DNA from: Acidimicrobiales bacterium
GTDB taxonomy: Bacteria > Actinomycetota > Acidimicrobiia > Acidimicrobiales > CADCTF01
DNA length: 24,000 nucleotides
Direction: 5' to 3'
Assembly (NCBI GenBank): GCA_035525495.1
Contig: DATLED010000089.1
Location: 8,319 to 32,318 of the forward strand
A program made the position numbers and the translations under genes. Shown piece by piece: positions 16,515 to 24,000 of this stretch (position 1 is the stretch's first letter; every line of letters starts with the position of its first letter). The notes under the pieces are model-generated. The model made no database searches. It had not been told where the DNA came from and saw only the letters and a list, made by a program, of their open reading frames with translations.

Positions 16515-17069
16515 GTGCCCGACGACGACTTCCTGGCGTCGCTCGACCACCTCGTCGCCGACGCCGTGGCCGAGTCCGCTGCCCGCGAGCGCTCCCGCAC
16601 CCGAGTGCTGCGACAGATCGCGGAGGAGGAGGCGACGTTCGTGGGCGTGGCGCTGGACCTGGCGGAGCAGGGGGCGACGGTGGTCGTGCGGACGTCGTCG
16701 GGCCGTGCGCATCGCGGCGGCGTGGTCGCCGTGGGGCGGGACTTCTTGGTCGTTCGGGATGGCGGGAGGCCGCCCGCGTTCCTTGCCATCCGCGCGATCG
16801 CGTCGCTGCGGCCGCAGGCCGGGTCGGCGTCCCCGGACACCGCCGGGGGCCGTTCGGCACCGCTGGACATCGGCCTCGCCGCGTTGCTTCCGACGATGGC
16901 GGCGGGCCGTCCTCGCGTCCAGGTCTGCGCGCTCGGCGACGAGCCGCTCGCCGGGGAGCTCCGCTCGTCCGGCGTGGATGTCCTGACACTGCGCCTCGAC
17001 GGCGAGGCGGGACTGCGCGCCCACATCCGCCTCGACGCCGTCGCCGAGCTGTTGTTGTTCGACGTCTGA
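16515..17069 (+). CDS. Hypothetical protein, actinobacterial-type, with small beta-rich segment
   Basis: From GTG 16515: VPDDDFLASLDHLVADAVAESAARERSRTRVLRQIAEEEATFVGVALDLAEQGATVVVRTSSGRAHRGGVVAVGRDFLVVRDGG...DAVAELLLFDV*. Fits tightly between the divergent HIT gene and the convergent HTH gene. Confidence 0.75.
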   Translation: MPDDDFLASLDHLVADAVAESAARERSRTRVLRQIAEEEATFVGVALDLAEQGATVVVRTSSGRAHRGGVVAVGRDFLVVRDGGRPPAFLAIRAIASLRPQAGSASPDTAGGRSAPLDIGLAALLPTMAAGRPRVQVCALGDEPLAGELRSSGVDVLTLRLDGEAGLRAHIRLDAVAELLLFDV

Positions 17070-17076
17070 CCGCCGA

Positions 17077-17304
17077 CTACTCGCCGGGCTCGATGCGCTC
17101 CGGGTAGAGGTGGGCGAGCGACCCGGGCTGGACCTTGGTGGTCTCGAGGAAGGCGTCGAGGTCGCTCTCCTTGACCCGGATGACCCGGCCCATCTTGTAG
17201 GCGGGGATCGACCCCTCGTCGATCATGCGGTACAACGTCCGCGGCACCACGCCGAGTCGCTCGGCGGCCTCCGTCGTTCCCAACCAGCGGATGGCGTCGG
17301 TCAT
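17077..17304 (-). CDS. Excisionase/MerR-type helix-turn-helix DNA-binding protein
   Basis: MTDAIRWLGTTEAAERLGVVPRTLYRMIDEGSIPAYKMGRVIRVKESDLDAFLETTKVQPGSLAHLYPERIEPGE; canonical excisionase-family HTH (T..AAE.LGV..RT.YR.I..G.IPA.K.GR..R....DL..FL). Confidence 0.9.
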   Translation of the reverse strand: MTDAIRWLGTTEAAERLGVVPRTLYRMIDEGSIPAYKMGRVIRVKESDLDAFLETTKVQPGSLAHLYPERIEPGE

Positions 17305-17312
17305 CGAATGGG

Positions 17313-17342
17313 ATTTTACCACTTCCCTCCTTCTCCTGTCAT
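17313..17342 (-). promoter_or_regulatory. Putative sigma70-type promoter for the HTH gene
   Basis: Minus strand: ATGACA (17337-17342) - N18 - TAAAAT (17313-17318), 5/6 match to each of TTGACA and TATAAT. Confidence 0.55.
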
Positions 17343-17418
17343 TCGCTATCGTTTCGATGCAGGCCGCCGGAGCCACCGAGCAGGGGTTGCGGGGCTCGGC
17401 GCAGAAACGAGAACTCGC

Positions 17419-18156
17419 ATGCCGGACGTCGCCGTCGCTCCCGATCGCCCGATCCTCGGCTCGGCAGACGGTGTCGCCCGTGGACGCCGGCTGTCCAGGC
17501 GGTCGACGCTCCCTACGGGGCGGGCCGTCGTCGGTGGGTTCCTCGTGGCGGTGGCGGCGCTCGGGATCTTCGCCGCGTGGTCTTCGGCGTCGGCGGGTCC
17601 GACGACGACCTACGTCGTCGCCCGCCGCGACCTCCCGATCGGATCTCGGCTCACCGCAGACGATCTGACCTCGCTGCCCATGGACCTGCCTGAGGTGGTG
17701 GCCGCCCGCGCCGTCTTCCGCACCGAAGCACTGCTCCTCGGCGCCACAACCGTCGGTCCGGTCCGCCGCGGCGAGCTCGTTCAAGCGAGCGACGTGGTGC
17801 GCAAGCGCAGCGCCCCGCCCGAGCTCGAGGTGTCCTTCGAGCTCGACTCGGCTCGGGCGCTCGCCGGCACGCTGCGGGCTGGAGAACGGGTCGACGTCCT
17901 CGCCACCTTTGGCGCCGGGGGCGACACCTACACCGTCGCCGTCGTCCGCCAGGCGCTCGTCCTCGACGCAGGCCATGGAAGCGGACGGCTCGCCGACAGC
18001 GACCGGGACGTGATCAGCGTCGCCGTGACTTCGGCGCAGGATGCGCTCGCGCTGACCCACGCCCTCAACGCCGGCAAGGTCACCCTCGTCCGGGCCACTG
18101 GGGCTGCCGTGAGCGCCGACGTCGGCAAGACGTACCAGGCGCCAGCCGCGGGATGA
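17419..18156 (+). CDS. cpaB: CpaB/RcpC family Flp pilus assembly protein (SAF domain)
   Basis: MPDVAVAPDRP...GRAVVGGFLVAVAALGIFAAW...TTTYVVARRDLPIGSRLTADDLTSLPMDLP...GATTVGPVRRGELVQASDV...RALAGTLRAGERVDVLATF; TM plus SAF layout. Confidence 0.85.
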   Translation: MPDVAVAPDRPILGSADGVARGRRLSRRSTLPTGRAVVGGFLVAVAALGIFAAWSSASAGPTTTYVVARRDLPIGSRLTADDLTSLPMDLPEVVAARAVFRTEALLLGATTVGPVRRGELVQASDVVRKRSAPPELEVSFELDSARALAGTLRAGERVDVLATFGAGGDTYTVAVVRQALVLDAGHGSGRLADSDRDVISVAVTSAQDALALTHALNAGKVTLVRATGAAVSADVGKTYQAPAAG

Positions 18157-19448
18157 CGACGGACGGGCGCTTCGTCGTCCTCGGGCTCGCTCAGGCGCGG
18201 TCGACGTGGTTCCGCGCCGTGGCGGAGTGGGCGAACTCGGCGTCGATTCCCGTCGAGTTCGTGAAGTGCATGTCGCCGGCGGAGCTGCGGGCGCACCTGG
18301 GGAGCGGTCGGGCCTTCTCCGCCCTCCTCGTGGACGGCGCCCTCCCGGCCCTCGATCGAGACCTCGTGGACGCTGCCGCGGAGGTCGGCTGCGCCGTCGT
18401 CGTCGTCGACGACGTCCGGGTGACGCGCGACTGGAGGGCGCTCGGGGCCGCCGCCGTCATCAACCCGGTCTTCGAGCGCAAGGACCTCCTCGACGTGCTC
18501 GCGACCCACACGGCGCGCATCCCCCGTGGCGACCGCGTTCCAGGCCAGGTCGGCGCCGCCGTTGGGCCGGGTGCACGTGGTCACGTGGCGCTGGTGTGTG
18601 GACCCGGCGGGACGGGCGTGTCGACGGCCGCCATCGCGCTCGCGCAGGGTCTTGCAGACGACGCCCGCTATGCCCGCTCGGTCCTGCTCGCGGACTTCGC
18701 CCGCCACGCCGAGCAGGCGATGCTCCACGACGCGCGTGACGTCGTGCCCGGCGTGCAGGAGCTCGTCGACGCCCACCGCACGGCGCGACCGCCGCTCGAG
18801 CAGGTTCGCTCGTTCACCTTCGACGTCGAGGAGCGCGGCTACCACCTCCTGCTCGGTCTCCGTCGCGCCAGGAGCTGGTCTTCCATTCGTCCGCGAGCCT
18901 TCGACGCCGCCTTCGACTCGACGCGGCGTGGCTGGCGGGCCGTCGTGTGCGACACCGACCCCGACCTCGAGGGCGAGGACGAAGGAGGAAGCATCGACGT
19001 CGAGGAGCGTCACGTCATGTCCCGGACGGTGGCCGCCCACGCCGATGTCGCGTTCATCGTCGGCCTCGCGGGGATGAAGGGCATCCACTCGATGGTGCGG
19101 GTCCTCACCGAGCTCCTCGACCATGGCGTCCCTGCGCCGACGGTCGTTCCCGTCGTCAACCGCGCACCCAAGGCCGGACGAGCCCGTGCGGAGATCACGT
19201 CAGCGGTCGGCTCACTGCTCCGCGGACGGCCCGCGAGCGGAGCGATGCCGTCGCCGATCTTCCTCCCCGAACGGCGCGTCGACGAGGCCTTGCGCGATGG
19301 CGTGCGCCTTCCCACGTCGCTGACGGCGCCCCTCGCGGGCGCCTTCGTCGCGGTCGTCCGATCCAGCGCGACGTCGAACCGGACCCCGACGCGCGACGAA
19401 CCGCAACTCGTCGCTCCCGGCTCGCTCGGACGCTGGAGTGACCGCTAA
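18153..19448 (+). CDS. cpaE: CpaE/TadZ-like pilus assembly protein (receiver-like N-terminus plus atypical P-loop domain)
   Basis: GHVALVCGPGGTGVSTAAIALAQGLADDARYARSVLLADFARHAEQAMLHDARDVVPGVQELVDAHR...GYHLLLGLRRAR; ATGA-coupled to cpaB. Confidence 0.8.
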   Translation: MTTDGRFVVLGLAQARSTWFRAVAEWANSASIPVEFVKCMSPAELRAHLGSGRAFSALLVDGALPALDRDLVDAAAEVGCAVVVVDDVRVTRDWRALGAAAVINPVFERKDLLDVLATHTARIPRGDRVPGQVGAAVGPGARGHVALVCGPGGTGVSTAAIALAQGLADDARYARSVLLADFARHAEQAMLHDARDVVPGVQELVDAHRTARPPLEQVRSFTFDVEERGYHLLLGLRRARSWSSIRPRAFDAAFDSTRRGWRAVVCDTDPDLEGEDEGGSIDVEERHVMSRTVAAHADVAFIVGLAGMKGIHSMVRVLTELLDHGVPAPTVVPVVNRAPKAGRARAEITSAVGSLLRGRPASGAMPSPIFLPERRVDEALRDGVRLPTSLTAPLAGAFVAVVRSSATSNRTPTRDEPQLVAPGSLGRWSDR

Positions 19449-20137
19449 CCCCCGGTACGAATCGTCCGCGCCGCGAGGACGCCCGCCAGCACCGCCGCCC
19501 ACAGGCTGAGCTCGGGTCCAGCCGGGACGCCCCACGCCACCTGCACGTCGGCGATCCACGCCATCCAGCACCACCCCACGAACGCGCCGAGGCTGGTGAC
19601 GACGGCCGCAACGACCCGTCCATGGCCGAGCACGGCACGCGCCAGGAAGAACACGAGGACGCCGAGGACGAACCCGACCGGCACGTAGACGACGGCGAGG
19701 CCCAATGCCGGCGCTTGGCCGTGATCGCTGCGGAACCCGAGCCACACCGGCGCCAGATGGCCGACGACCGCCGCCATTCCCGCCCACAGCGCCGCCGACT
19801 GCCACGACACGAGGACCTGATCGGACAGGAAGGCGACGGCACTCTGGTTCGGGCGCGTCGCCGATCCGCCTGGTGACACGGCGATCACGAGGTGCCATGC
19901 GGCCGTCGCCGCCAGCAGCACCTTGGCCGTGTCGAGCACGGCGACCAGCGGCGAGCCCGCAGCTCCGCCGCCGGTGAGGATCGCCAGCAGCTGGTCGTCG
20001 AGCGGTCGTCCCGCCAACTCGATCCGCCGCAATCCTCGCCGAATCGAACGTCGACCGAAGAGGAACCCGAACGGCACCGAGCCGAGCAGGTACGCCCCGA
20101 GCACGGCGAGGCCGGCGACGAGGCCGACCGCCCTCAC
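19445..20137 (-). CDS. PlsY-like (glycerol-3-phosphate acyltransferase family) membrane protein, apparently diverged at signature motifs
   Basis: From GTG 20137: VRAVGLVAGLAVLGAYLLGSVPFGFLFGRRSIRRGLRRIE...GSPLVAVLDTAKVLLAATAAWHL...AAVVGHLAPVWLGFRSDHGQAPALGLAVVY; PlsY topology and N-terminal GSVPFGFLFG. GTGA overlap with the dinG stop. Confidence 0.7.
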   Translation of the reverse strand: MRAVGLVAGLAVLGAYLLGSVPFGFLFGRRSIRRGLRRIELAGRPLDDQLLAILTGGGAAGSPLVAVLDTAKVLLAATAAWHLVIAVSPGGSATRPNQSAVAFLSDQVLVSWQSAALWAGMAAVVGHLAPVWLGFRSDHGQAPALGLAVVYVPVGFVLGVLVFFLARAVLGHGRVVAAVVTSLGAFVGWCWMAWIADVQVAWGVPAGPELSLWAAVLAGVLAARTIRTGG

Positions 20138-22308
20138 GGACGCAGCGGTGCGAGAAAGGCCTCGACGTCGGCGCGATCGCGCGTGCGCTTCATCGGCGGC
20201 AACGCCCGCACGAGGTCCCACCGGTAGCCCGCCTTGCCGAGGCGCGGGTCGAGGATGGCGACGACGCCGCGGTCGGTCGCGGACCGGATGAGGCGGCCGG
20301 TGCCCTGTGCGAGCAACGTCGCCGCACGGGGGAGGTCGATCACGCGGAAGGCCGCTGCCCCGGCCCGCTCGCGCCGCGCCTGCAGCAGCGGCTCGTCCGG
20401 CCGCGGGAACGGGATCCGGTCGATGGTCACGAGTGACAGAGCCTCTCCGGGCACGTCAACCCCCTGCCAGAACCCCATGGTGGCGAACAGGCAAGACGTG
20501 TGGTCGTCGGTGAACGCCTTGATGAGGGCGGGCTTGGGCAGATCAGACTGCGTCAGCACCCGCCAGGGCACCCGGGGCGAGAGCGCCTCGGCCGCTGCGG
20601 TCATCGCGCGCCAGCTGGTGAAGAGGGCCAACGTTCGCCCGCCGGCGGCGCGCATCAGCCGCTCGAGCTCGTCGTGCATCGCGGCCTCGTACGCCGGCGT
20701 GCGCGGGTCGGGGAGCGCCAGCGCGCAGTAGAGCAGCGCGTTGTTCGGATAGTCGAACGGCGACCCGACGTCGAGCTCGGTGACGGCTCCGGTCTCGATG
20801 CCGATCCGGGCAGGGAGGTGTGGCGGGATCGTGGCGCTCGTCAACACGGCGACGACGTCGCCCCACAGCTTCTCGGAGAGCAACGGCCCGACCTCGACCG
20901 GCGAGCACTTGAAGACGGGCGCGTGCGGCGGACCCTCGACCCACGAGACGTACGACGACGGCAGGCCGGCCACGAATGCGAGGTCGCCGGCCAGATGCCC
21001 ACCGGCTTGGAGGGCCCGCCCCTTGCGGGCTTCGTCCCTCTCGGACTTTCGGATGGCCGCGACGAGCCGATTCGCCCGCTCGGCGGCGAGGACGAGCACC
21101 GCCCCGAGCTCCTCGCCGAGCTCGGTCGGCAGCCGCTTGTTCCGCCAAGGATCGAGCGCCACCTCCCACCGGTCGCCCATCGCCTCGAGCTCGTCGGCGA
21201 GCACGACCTCATCGGGCGCCAGCAGGCCACGCGCGTTTCGCGCCAGGGACCGGAAGCGTCCCGCCCCGAGCTCGAGGCCCAGGGCGGAGGACGCCACGTC
21301 CTCGAGCTCGTGGGCCTCGTCGAAGATGACGACGTCGTGGTCCGGCAACACGTGCCCGCCACTCGCCAGGTGCGTCCCGTAGAGGTGGGTGTTCGCAACC
21401 ACGACATCGGCCTGCTCGGCCCGCTCCCGCGCGAACTCGGCGAAGCACGCGTCGCCCGACGGGCACCGCGCCGCTCCCGGACACTCCATGGCGTTCACGC
21501 TGACCTGCGCCCACGCCTTCGGCGTCGGCTCGAAGTCGAGCTCGCTCCGTTCGCCGGTCTCGGATTCCGCACCCCACTGCAACAACCGCATGACCTGCGC
21601 GCTGAACCCGGTGCCAAGGTCTTCCGCGTCGACGCCGTCGAGGTCGAGCTGGTCGCCGCCGCCGGCCACCTCGCGGCCACGCTGGCGGCAGAAGTAGTTG
21701 GACCGACCCTTCACCACGGCGAACTCGAACGGCGCGTCGAGGTGCGCCTGCAGGAACGGAAGGTCCTTGGCGGCGAGCTGATCCTGCAACGCCTTGGTCG
21801 CGGTGGCGACGACCACCTTGCGCCCGCTGAGCAGCGCGGGAACGAGGTAGCCGACGGACTTCCCGGTGCCGGTGCCCGCCTGGACGATCAGGTGGCGATT
21901 CGACTCGATGGCGGCGGCGACGGCGAGGGCCATCTCGACCTGACCGGGGCGGGCCTCGCCGCCGCCGGGGAGAGCGGCCACGACCTTGCCGAGGCGGCCG
22001 ACGACGAGATCGGTGTCGATTCGGATGTGTGGGGGCGCCGCCTCCTCACCCTCCGCCGGGGGCGCGACGTGCGTCTCGGAACCATGGGCGCAGCGGCCGC
22101 GTCGCACGGCCTCGTTGTGGCACTCCGCGCACAGCAGGACCTCGCAGCACGCTCGGCGCTCGGGGAGGTACCTTCCTGGCGACCAGCGGTCGCACCGAGC
22201 ACAGCGCCCGTCCGGACCGGGGACGACGACGCGTGACGCGGGGGCTCCCGGGCCATCGGTCGTCGTCGTCTCGTCCACGCCAGAGACGGTACCGGCCTGG
22301 TCGGACAC
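20134..22308 (-). CDS. dinG: DinG-type ATP-dependent DNA helicase with N-terminal Cys-rich extension
   Basis: Walker A VQAGTGTGKSVGYLVPAL; Fe-S type cysteines (NYFCRQRG ... MECPGAARCPSGDACF); DEAH motif VVIFDEAHELEDVAS; ATMGFWQGVDVPGEALSLVTIDRIPFPRPDEPL; QGTGRLIRSATDRGVVAILDPR. Confidence 0.93.
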   Translation of the reverse strand: MSDQAGTVSGVDETTTTDGPGAPASRVVVPGPDGRCARCDRWSPGRYLPERRACCEVLLCAECHNEAVRRGRCAHGSETHVAPPAEGEEAAPPHIRIDTDLVVGRLGKVVAALPGGGEARPGQVEMALAVAAAIESNRHLIVQAGTGTGKSVGYLVPALLSGRKVVVATATKALQDQLAAKDLPFLQAHLDAPFEFAVVKGRSNYFCRQRGREVAGGGDQLDLDGVDAEDLGTGFSAQVMRLLQWGAESETGERSELDFEPTPKAWAQVSVNAMECPGAARCPSGDACFAEFARERAEQADVVVANTHLYGTHLASGGHVLPDHDVVIFDEAHELEDVASSALGLELGAGRFRSLARNARGLLAPDEVVLADELEAMGDRWEVALDPWRNKRLPTELGEELGAVLVLAAERANRLVAAIRKSERDEARKGRALQAGGHLAGDLAFVAGLPSSYVSWVEGPPHAPVFKCSPVEVGPLLSEKLWGDVVAVLTSATIPPHLPARIGIETGAVTELDVGSPFDYPNNALLYCALALPDPRTPAYEAAMHDELERLMRAAGGRTLALFTSWRAMTAAAEALSPRVPWRVLTQSDLPKPALIKAFTDDHTSCLFATMGFWQGVDVPGEALSLVTIDRIPFPRPDEPLLQARRERAGAAAFRVIDLPRAATLLAQGTGRLIRSATDRGVVAILDPRLGKAGYRWDLVRALPPMKRTRDRADVEAFLAPLRP

Positions 22309-22355
22309 CTCTGGGGGAACGCCCGGCGGGTCGGTTCGAACCCATTGACGCGGCG

Positions 22356-22380
22356 GGCGCCTCGACTCCGGACAGGCGCC
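22356..22380. terminator. Possible hairpin terminator between the sigma-factor gene and dinG
   Basis: GGCGCCT-cgactccggac-AGGCGCC, 7-bp perfect stem, 11-nt loop, just downstream of the sigma stop; no U-tract. Confidence 0.35.
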
Positions 22381-22386
22381 AGCGGG

Positions 22387-23247
22387 TCAGACGGCCAGGC
22401 GCCGGGGCTGGGAGTCCAGCCGGGCCGCCGACGTCGAGGACGCGGCGATGGCGGCGAAGTAGGCGGCCTTGCGACGCGCGACCCGACCCGTCGGGTTCGG
22501 TGTCTCGCCCATGGCGGTCGGATCGAGCTGCGAGTTGATCCCGTCCTTCAGCAGGTCGAGCGCCTCGGCCCGCAGCTGCGACACGCGGGACTCGGACACG
22601 CCGAGCTCGGCGCCGATGTGCTGCATCGAGCGGTCCTCGAAGAAATAGCCGCGCACGACGACCTGCAGGCGCTCGGGCAACGACCGGATGGCGTCGACGA
22701 GATACGCGTTGCGCTCGCGCTCGAGGAGCTCGAGCTCGGGGGTGTCGTCGTCGACGAGCAGCACCGCGTCGGAGTCGCCCGATGAGAGCATCGAGTCGTA
22801 GTTCAACACCGTCGCCCGGTGCAGGTCCGAGGTCAGGCCGTGGACCGCCGACGCGTCGACACCCATCGCCTCCGCCAGCTCCGCTTGCGAGGGCATGCGG
22901 CCGAACTTCGCCATCAGCTTCTCGCTGGCGAGTTCCATGTGGCGCGCCTTGGCCCGCACGGGTCGGCTCGCCCAGTCGTTTGCGCGGAGCTCGTCGAGCA
23001 ACGCCCCCTTGACGCGGGTGGCGGCGTAGCGGTGGAAGGGCACGCCGAGGGTGGAGTCGAAGTTCCGGGCGGCCTGCGCCAGCCCGACCAGCCCGGCCGA
23101 CATCAGATCGTCGCGCGGCGCATGGCGCGGCATGCGGGCGGACAGGTCGGCGACGGCCCGCCGGACGAGCGGGAGGTGCTCACGGACGAGCGCATCCTCG
23201 CTGGCCGAGGCATCACCTGTGATCTCGGTATTACGCGTGTTGGTCAC
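22387..23247 (-). CDS. RNA polymerase sigma factor, FliA/WhiG family
   Basis: LVREHLPLVRRAVADLSARMPRHAPRDDLMSAGLVGLAQAARNFDSTLGVPFHRYAATRVKGALLDELRANDWASRPVRAKAR...FGRMPSQAELAEAMGV...RSLPERLQVVVRGYFFEDRSMQHIGAELGVSESRVSQLRAEAL. Start uncertain; the ORF extends to GTG at 23337. Confidence 0.92.
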   Translation of the reverse strand: MTNTRNTEITGDASASEDALVREHLPLVRRAVADLSARMPRHAPRDDLMSAGLVGLAQAARNFDSTLGVPFHRYAATRVKGALLDELRANDWASRPVRAKARHMELASEKLMAKFGRMPSQAELAEAMGVDASAVHGLTSDLHRATVLNYDSMLSSGDSDAVLLVDDDTPELELLERERNAYLVDAIRSLPERLQVVVRGYFFEDRSMQHIGAELGVSESRVSQLRAEALDLLKDGINSQLDPTAMGETPNPTGRVARRKAAYFAAIAASSTSAARLDSQPRRLAV

Positions 23248-23438
23248 AGTGGGACATCCTGCGCAACTGCGCGCTCCGGCAGTAGAGCCCGATCGCGTCA
23301 TTTCGGACAAGACGTCGGTCATGTACTGCGTGGTCACAAATGACTAGTCACCTGCCGGTGACCTGCGACTTCCCCCCATCGGGCCGCGTTGTCGCCCATT
23401 CCTTCACGTTCGGGCAAACGTGGCCGAACGAAGGATGC

Positions 23439-23843
23439 GTGCCCTCCTCGAGCCTCGCGGAGCTGTCGGGACTGCTCTGGCGGGAGCGAGAGGTCTTCGA
23501 CCAGCTCCTCGAGCTCCTCCGCGTTGGTGGCGAGGCCGAGGAAACCGACGGTCTCCTCCACTCGATCAGCGGGCTCGAGCTGCACCGGGCGATCACCGCT
23601 CGCGAGGCCGCCGTCGAGCTCGGCCTCGACGGTGAGCCGTCGTTGCAGGACCTGATCGAGTGCGCGGACGGCGAGTGGGCCGCGGTCCTCGCGGGTCATC
23701 GTCGGGCGCTGCAGGCGCTGAGTAGCGAGGTACGGGCGCTCCTCGGGCGGGTGCCGATCCACGCCATCGAGGGCAACATCTACGCGTTGCCGCCCTCGGG
23801 GGGGCGGGCGGTGCAACGCTCGCTGCGCGACTTCCTCAGCTGA
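23439..23843 (+). CDS. FlgN-like protein (candidate flagellar export chaperone)
   Basis: VPSSSLAELSGLLWREREVFDQLLELLRVGGEAEETDGLLHSISGLELHRAITAREAAVELGLDGEPSLQDLIECADGEWAAVLAGHRRALQALSSEVRALLGR resembles actinobacterial FlgN-type proteins from memory. Helical, adjacent to a FliA/WhiG sigma. ORF can extend to ATG 23340; GTG 23439 has an upstream AAGGA. Confidence 0.5.
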   Translation: MPSSSLAELSGLLWREREVFDQLLELLRVGGEAEETDGLLHSISGLELHRAITAREAAVELGLDGEPSLQDLIECADGEWAAVLAGHRRALQALSSEVRALLGRVPIHAIEGNIYALPPSGGRAVQRSLRDFLS

Positions 23844-24000
23844 TCTTGACGGGGTCCTTGGCCTCGCCGGCACGCGTCGCCTCCACGGCGACGGTGTCGG
23901 GGTGCTTCGGAAGCTCGATCTCCGCGGTCACGGTGCCGTGCTCCTCCTCCCACCGGACGACGTTCACGACCGCGACGTAGACGGTGAGCCGGCCGAAGAA
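23836..24000 (-). CDS. C-terminal fragment of an unidentified protein
   Basis: Open minus frame to the window edge: FFGRLTVYVAVVNVVRWEEEHGTVTAEIELPKHPDTVAVEATRAGEAKDPVKIS*; 8-bp convergent overlap with the FlgN-like ORF. Confidence 0.45.
   Translation of the reverse strand, partial: FFGRLTVYVAVVNVVRWEEEHGTVTAEIELPKHPDTVAVEATRAGEAKDPVKIS

Noticed and set aside
20500-22236. 578-aa + strand ORF antisense to dinG
   Set aside because: High-GC antisense artefact: composition full of R/G/H/V runs and no recognisable domain, while the opposite strand encodes a clear DinG helicase.
22333-22342. GGTTCGAACC resembling a tRNA T-arm
   Set aside because: It is a palindrome, but flanking sequence does not provide a 5-bp T-stem, anticodon arm or acceptor stem on either strand, so no tRNA can be supported.
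1-24000. CRISPR array, rRNA, intact transposase/integrase or complete defence system
   Set aside because: No regularly spaced repeats, no rRNA-like segments and no transposase, integrase, nuclease or Cas motifs seen in the listed ORFs. The only toxin-like trace is the PIN remnant, and the HTH protein has excisionase-family fold only, without an integrase neighbour.

Overview
This 24 kb window of high-GC actinobacterial-type chromosome (possibly Acidimicrobiia-like, inference only) is densely coding and mostly housekeeping. On the left, mainly + strand: lepA C-terminus, a USP-like protein, DoxX, hrcA-dnaJ with a CIRCE element, rsmE, a BldD homologue and hemW. The centre and right carry the conserved - strand cluster HIT / phoH / ybeY / corC-like / era, then plsY-like, dinG and a WhiG/FliA-family sigma factor. 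The accessory content is a Tad/Flp-type pilus system in two blocks: a - strand operon at ~5.9-11.9 kb (CpaF/TadA ATPase, TadB, TadC, a 76-aa pilin-like peptide, TadE/TadG-like proteins, a VCBS-like protein and a LysM protein) and a + strand CpaB-CpaE/TadZ pair at ~17.4-19.4 kb. The blocks are separated by the phoH-ybeY-corC-era housekeeping segment. I found no CRISPR array, rRNA, tRNA, intact transposase or clear defence system. The best leads are the unusual Tad components, a decayed PIN-domain gene and a strong hairpin between era and the Tad operon, a PlsY-like protein lacking the usual catalytic motifs, a DinG with a Cys-rich N-terminal extension, and a WhiG/FliA sigma factor divergent from a FlgN-like gene. 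Most long antisense ORFs in the supplied track are high-GC artefacts.
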